This document shows, piece by piece, positions 59,345 to 64,000 of a stretch of 64,000 nucleotides of DNA. The stretch's first letter is position 1, and each line of letters starts with the position of its first letter. Below the pieces are notes generated by a model. It was not told where the DNA came from, did no database searches, and saw only the letters and a list, made by a program, of their open reading frames with translations. The position numbers and the translations under genes were made by a program. The stretch is from Gammaproteobacteria bacterium (GTDB taxonomy: Bacteria; Pseudomonadota; Gammaproteobacteria; Tethybacterales; Persebacteraceae): NCBI GenBank assembly GCA_965243565.1, contig OZ251571.1:321523-385522 (forward strand), in the 5' to 3' direction.

Positions 59345-60787
59345 ATGATGACAATTATCCCAGTCGTCATTTGCGGAGGTAAGGGGGTAAGGCTCTGGCC
59401 ATTGTCGCGTAGCAGCTACCCCAAGCCATTTATTGGTTTGCCGTTGCAACAAGACAGTTTAATTAGCAATACTTACCACCGTTTATATTTTGGCACTATG
59501 CCAGAAATAACGGCTGTGGTCACCGTTACAGCCACAGACTATATCCATCATTGTAAATCTGCTTATGATGCAATCGAAACATCGCATCGCCACATCATTA
59601 TTGCAGAGCCATGTGGTTGTAATACTGCAGCGGCTATTGGCAGTGCGGCAAAGGTGATAGCAGAGCAATTTGGTGATGAAGCGGTTATGCTCGTTATGCC
59701 TGCCGATCATTCAATGGCTAATCCAGCGGGTTTTGCCAGTGTTATTAATAAAGCCATTCCCGCCGCTAAGCAAAATAAAATAGTACTCATCGGCATTCCA
59801 CCCACCGAGCCCAATACTGGTTATGGTTATATCCGTATGGGAGATGAAATTTTTCCAGGGGTATGTCAAGTGAGTTCCTTTATTGAAAAACCAGACAAAA
59901 CACAAGCAGAAAAACTGCTACAAGAAGACAACATGGTTTGGAACAGTGGTCTTTTTTGTTTAACGGCGGCAACCGCATTGGCAGAAATCAAAACCCATGC
60001 TTCCGATATTTCTGCCGCCATTGACAATGTATTTATGTATTGTGATACATCAACTGATATCATCAAGCCAGACCTTCAGCATTATGAAAAAATCCCTTCA
60101 ATGTCATTTGATTATGCGGTTGCCGAAAAAACGAATAAAGCCGCTATTATTGTGGGTGCGTCTATTGGTTGGTCTGATATAGGTGCATGGAAAGCAGTTT
60201 TTGAGCAAACAAACGCCACTGATGACAATAATAATACGGTATTAGGGGACGTTCATCTTTTAGATTGTCAGCAGTGTTTAATCACATCGGATAATCGTTG
60301 TGTTGTTGCTTTGGGGTTAAAAGACACCTATATAATAGACACAGCTGATGCTTTATTGGTTAGTACGGCAGAGCATTCGGAGCAATTAAAAAAAGTAGTT
60401 GAATCATTGGCAGGGCGTAAGCAAGTTGATGACCCTACCACCGTTATCCGTCCGTGGGGGTCATATTCTGTTATCAGTGATGCGCCTAACTACAAGGTTA
60501 AACGCATAGATGTCAAGGCTGGTGGTACACTTAGTTACCAATCACATGAGCACCGTGCAGAGCATTGGACTATTATTGAAGGTGAGCTGGTGGTGGTTAT
60601 AGACGATAAAGAAACAACGTTACAACGTGGTGAATCTTGTTATATCCCGTTGCGAGCCAAGCACCGATTAATTAATAGAACCACTGACAACGCTGCATTA
60701 ATTGAAGTACAAATTGGTGACTATTTAGAAGAAGACGATATTATTCGTTACGATGATATTTATGGCAGACAAGACACCTCCATTTAA
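59345..60787 (+). CDS. manC: Bifunctional mannose-1-phosphate guanylyltransferase / mannose-6-phosphate isomerase.
   Basis: N-terminal 'VVICGGKGVRLWPLSR' nucleotidyltransferase. C-terminal cupin 'SYQSHEHRAEHWTIIEGE'. Confidence 0.85.
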   Translation: MMTIIPVVICGGKGVRLWPLSRSSYPKPFIGLPLQQDSLISNTYHRLYFGTMPEITAVVTVTATDYIHHCKSAYDAIETSHRHIIIAEPCGCNTAAAIGSAAKVIAEQFGDEAVMLVMPADHSMANPAGFASVINKAIPAAKQNKIVLIGIPPTEPNTGYGYIRMGDEIFPGVCQVSSFIEKPDKTQAEKLLQEDNMVWNSGLFCLTAATALAEIKTHASDISAAIDNVFMYCDTSTDIIKPDLQHYEKIPSMSFDYAVAEKTNKAAIIVGASIGWSDIGAWKAVFEQTNATDDNNNTVLGDVHLLDCQQCLITSDNRCVVALGLKDTYIIDTADALLVSTAEHSEQLKKVVESLAGRKQVDDPTTVIRPWGSYSVISDAPNYKVKRIDVKAGGTLSYQSHEHRAEHWTIIEGELVVVIDDKETTLQRGESCYIPLRAKHRLINRTTDNAALIEVQIGDYLEEDDIIRYDDIYGRQDTSI

Positions 60788-61292
60788 TCTAAAGGACTAT
60801 ATCGAAGACGTTATCGACTTTCCGCATGCGGGCATTGTTTTTCGTGACATAACTCCTTTGCTTTCTGAGCCATCGGTTTTTGAGCAATCAATCAAACAAT
60901 TGGCTCACTATGTATCTCCCGCAGCAACGCATATTGTTGCCATTGAGGCAAGAGGTTTTATATTTGGCGTTGCACTTGCCCGTTACCTCCACTTGCCTTT
61001 TATTCCCATTCGTAAACAAGGCAAATTACCTCGCCCAACCATCAGCATCCGTTATCAACTCGAGTATGCAGAGGCAACTATTGAGCTGCATCAAGATGCC
61101 TTAGATAAAAAATCGACTGTTGTTTTGGTTGATGACCTTATCGCAACAGGTGGGACTTTGACCGCGGCGGTTGATTTAATACAGCAGTTGGGGGCTAACA
61201 TTGAGCGTATTGTTTGTTTAATCGAATTAACTGCACTAAACGGTCGGCAGCAGTTGGGTCAAACACCCGTTAGCGCATTAATAAAATATTAA
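60762..61292 (+). CDS. apt: Adenine phosphoribosyltransferase.
   Basis: PRPP motif '[13 protein letters not shown]'. Start taken at 'MADKT' within the 60753 ORF. Confidence 0.9.
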   Translation: MADKTPPFNLKDYIEDVIDFPHAGIVFRDITPLLSEPSVFEQSIKQLAHYVSPAATHIVAIEARGFIFGVALARYLHLPFIPIRKQGKLPRPTISIRYQLEYAEATIELHQDALDKKSTVVLVDDLIATGGTLTAAVDLIQQLGANIERIVCLIELTALNGRQQLGQTPVSALIKY

Positions 61293-63265
61293 CGAAACAC
61301 CTGCTCTTTTAATAGTCGAATATCATCACGAATAGCGGCGGCTTGTTCAAATTCTAACAGGCGCGAATGTTCAAACATTTTCTTTTCAAGCCGCCGAATT
61401 TCCTTACCTAGTTGTTTTTCATTCATTCGTATCCATTGGTCCTGTTTACTCTCTTGATCTGTCAGTGATTCATCGATATCGATGAGCCGTTTGATTTTCT
61501 TTTGAATACCTTGTGGGGTGATGATGTGCTTTTGATTGAATGTAATTTGTAAATCACGACGGCGGTTGGTTTCATCAATAGCGCGTTGCATAGAACCCGT
61601 TACTTTATCGCCGTATAGTATTACCGTGCCATTGATATGGCGTGAAGCTCGCCCAATCGTTTGTATTAATGCTTGTTCCGACCGTAAAAACCCTTCTTTG
61701 TCTGCGTCCAAAATAGCCACCAATGATACCTCAGGCAAATCGAGCCCTTCACGTAGTAGGTTGATTCCCACTAACACATCAAAAGTACCCAAGCGCAGAT
61801 TATGCAAAATATCGGCACGTTCTATTGTATCGATATCTGCATGCAAATAACGCGTTTTGATTTTTGATTCGTTTAAAAACTGTGTCAGTTGTTCCGCCAT
61901 TCTTTTGGTCAGTGTAGTCACCAATATACGTTCTTTTTTTTCAATACGTTTGACAATCTCTATTGATACATCATCTACTTGTGTTTGTGCCGGCCGTACG
62001 TCAAGAATAGGATCGAGTAGCCCGGTCGGACGAATCACTTGTTCGACAATTTGAGTGGAATGTTCTTTTTCAAAAGCCGCTGGCGTTGCCGATACATAAA
62101 TGGTTTGAGGCATTAAATGACGAAACTCTTCAAACTTTAACGGGCGATTATCCATGGCAGAAGGCAAGCGAAAACCATACTCTACCAGCGTTTCTTTGCG
62201 TGAACGATCACCTTTAAACATAGCGCCAATTTGTGGAATAGTCACATGTGATTCATCAACAAATAAAAGCGATTCTGGCGGTAGATAATCAAACAAAGTA
62301 GGGGGTGGTTCGCCTATTTGTCGCCCCGAAAGATGACGGGAGTAATTTTCGATACCCTTGCAAAACCCCATCATTTCCATCATCTCTAAATCAAACCTAA
62401 CTCTTTCACCAAGGCGAGTGGATTCGAATAGTCGGTTATGTTGATTGTAAAACTCAAGCCGTTCTTTTAAATCATGGCGAATTTCTTCCATCGCTCGTTT
62501 TAAAGTGCTTCTCGGAGCAACGTAGTGCGATGAAGGATAAATGGTAAAACGCGGTAATTGCTTTTGCTTCTGTCCTGTCAGTGGGTCAAATAAAATCAAT
62601 TTTTCTACCAAATCATCAAACAGTTCAATACGAATGGCTTGGTCAAAATTTTCGGCAGGAAACACATCAATTGTATCGCCACGCACGCGGTAAGTACCTC
62701 GCTTAAAATCTACTTTGTCTCGATCGTACTGCATCCCTGCCAGACGGCGAATAATTTGTTGTCGTGACAGCGTATCACCCTTTTTGATGTGCATCACCAT
62801 GCTATGATAATCTACCGGATCGCCGATACCATAAATAGCTGATACCGTTGCCACAATAATACAATCCTTGCGTTCCATTAGCGATTTGGTCGCTGAAAGT
62901 CGCATTTGTTCGATGTGGGCATTCACACTCGAATCTTTTTCGATAAATAAATCGCGAGAAGGCACATACGCTTCGGGCTGATAATAATCATAATACGATA
63001 CAAAATATTCCACCGCATTACTCGGAAAAAATTCTCGAAACTCCGAATACAACTGTGCTGCCAGTGTTTTATTATGTGCCATAATCATTGCTGACTTGCC
63101 CGTTTGCTGAATGATATTGGCGATGGTATAAGTCTTACCAGAGCCGGTCACACCAAGCAAAGTTTGTTCTTTTAGTCCATCTTTAATGCCCTTCACTAAA
63201 TTTTTAATAGCATTTGGTTGATCGCCAGCAGGTAAAAAAGGAATCGATAAATCGAAATTTGACAT
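61289..63265 (-). CDS. uvrB: Excinuclease ABC subunit B.
   Basis: 'GVTGSGKT' Walker A, helicase motifs, beta-hairpin region, C-terminal UvrC-interaction coiled coil. Confidence 0.95.
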   Translation of the reverse strand: MSNFDLSIPFLPAGDQPNAIKNLVKGIKDGLKEQTLLGVTGSGKTYTIANIIQQTGKSAMIMAHNKTLAAQLYSEFREFFPSNAVEYFVSYYDYYQPEAYVPSRDLFIEKDSSVNAHIEQMRLSATKSLMERKDCIIVATVSAIYGIGDPVDYHSMVMHIKKGDTLSRQQIIRRLAGMQYDRDKVDFKRGTYRVRGDTIDVFPAENFDQAIRIELFDDLVEKLILFDPLTGQKQKQLPRFTIYPSSHYVAPRSTLKRAMEEIRHDLKERLEFYNQHNRLFESTRLGERVRFDLEMMEMMGFCKGIENYSRHLSGRQIGEPPPTLFDYLPPESLLFVDESHVTIPQIGAMFKGDRSRKETLVEYGFRLPSAMDNRPLKFEEFRHLMPQTIYVSATPAAFEKEHSTQIVEQVIRPTGLLDPILDVRPAQTQVDDVSIEIVKRIEKKERILVTTLTKRMAEQLTQFLNESKIKTRYLHADIDTIERADILHNLRLGTFDVLVGINLLREGLDLPEVSLVAILDADKEGFLRSEQALIQTIGRASRHINGTVILYGDKVTGSMQRAIDETNRRRDLQITFNQKHIITPQGIQKKIKRLIDIDESLTDQESKQDQWIRMNEKQLGKEIRRLEKKMFEHSRLLEFEQAAAIRDDIRLLKEQVFR

Positions 63266-63278
63266 TAAATTTAAAAAA

Positions 63279-63800
63279 TTAACGAGGCAGTGATGTTTTA
63301 TTTAAATCCAATAACCAATAACCACAATCCCACCACTGATTGAACTTCCACGCCACTGCCGGTAATATGCCGCATTGAACAAAGCCGTGACGTTCGTGTA
63401 GGCCCACACTAGCGGGATTAGGTAAGCTAATCACTGCCAATAATTTATGCACATCGCTTGTTCTCATACGCTGAATTAAAGATTCCATTAGCAGATTCCC
63501 AATCCCTTGTTGCTGTTTTTCAATATCGACATAAATGCTAATTTCGTGGACATAACGATAACTACACCGAGACCGAAAAGCATCAGCATAAGCAAAACCA
63601 ACCACCTTGTTGTCTGCTTGTGTTGCTACGATAAAAGGGCTATTGATAGAGCACTTATTAACCTTGTCGCAAGTATAGTGTTCGTCAACCAATTGTTCCT
63701 GAAAAGTAGCAGCACTGTTTTTAATATAATAATTATAAATATCAGCAACGCGAGTGGCATCGCTTTGCTGTCCATCTCGAATAAGAAAACTATAAAGCAT
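63279..63800 (-). CDS. GNAT-family N-acetyltransferase.
   Basis: Acetyl-CoA motif '[14 protein letters not shown]'. 173 aa. Confidence 0.7.
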   Translation of the reverse strand: MLYSFLIRDGQQSDATRVADIYNYYIKNSAATFQEQLVDEHYTCDKVNKCSINSPFIVATQADNKVVGFAYADAFRSRCSYRYVHEISIYVDIEKQQQGIGNLLMESLIQRMRTSDVHKLLAVISLPNPASVGLHERHGFVQCGILPAVAWKFNQWWDCGYWLLDLNKTSLPR

Positions 63801-64000
63801 TAGACTCTTTTAGCAGTGCAAAAACTGCCTCTGCTATCTTTTGATAACCCGCAGTATTGGGGTGAAATTGATCGGATTTGAACAGATTATTATGCATCAC
63901 TTCTTTTAAAATATCATCTTCCATCCACAACTGCTGGTCGGTTGCAATCTCATCATATAAAGGATGATTTTGGGCGATTAATGAGATTTTAGGTACTGCA
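63790..64000 (-). CDS. C-terminal fragment of an SGNH/GDSL-family hydrolase (TesA-like); the gene continues beyond the window end.
   Basis: The minus-strand translation ends '...[27 protein letters not shown]', matching the SGNH catalytic 'DxxHP..GY' block. Its stop overlaps the GNAT start codon. Confidence 0.45.
   Translation of the reverse strand, partial: AVPKISLIAQNHPLYDEIATDQQLWMEDDILKEVMHNNLFKSDQFHPNTAGYQKIAEAVFALLKESNAL

Noticed and set aside
1-64000. Looked for CRISPR arrays, IS elements/transposases, integrases, tRNA genes and rRNA.
   Set aside because: No direct-repeat/spacer periodicity, no transposase/integrase-like ORFs or terminal inverted repeats, and no tRNA-like cloverleaf candidates were seen. 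The only non-coding RNA recognised is the SRP RNA.

Overview
AT-rich bacterial chromosome segment whose housekeeping genes look gammaproteobacterial. Positions 1-14.9 kb form one co-directional plus-strand array of about 14 ORFs encoding a type IV filament (type IV pilus / type II secretion-like) machine. The array contains a lipoprotein secretin, a GspE/PilB-family ATPase, a GspF/PilC-family platform protein, and GspL-like and GspM-like membrane proteins. It also has one major prepilin and four large pilin-like proteins, three of them approximately 300-aa paralogs and one lacking Glu5. Three secreted proteins and a Lys/Pro/Gln-rich basic protein complete it. No prepilin peptidase is present in the window. 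The mix of type IVb-pilus and type II-secretion features, and the unusually large minor pilins, make this the most likely undescribed system here. The remaining 49 kb is housekeeping. On the plus strand: a stand-alone coxB with a fused cytochrome c domain, gabD, and an ExeA/GspA-like AAA+ protein with a SPOR-like C-terminus and an in-frame tandem repeat. On the minus strand: hslVU, nadA, apaH, ybaB and dnaX, with a 4.5S/SRP RNA gene upstream that overlaps the over-called dnaX start. On the plus strand again: iscU-iscA-hscB-hscA without iscS, iscR or fdx. Next comes nrdA, a beta-class DNA methyltransferase with an unknown C-terminal domain, then nrdB. The window continues with birA-coaX and pstSCAB-phoU, then hisF, pheA, a soxB-like oxidoreductase, a ferredoxin, coaD, rsmD, cpoB-pal-tolB, ahcY and ssb. 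An MFS transporter, slt, alaS, purE-purC, an EF-hand protein, a Mn-type SOD, manC, apt, uvrB, a GNAT and a partial SGNH hydrolase follow. Every call rests on motif recognition in the supplied translations; no database search was run.
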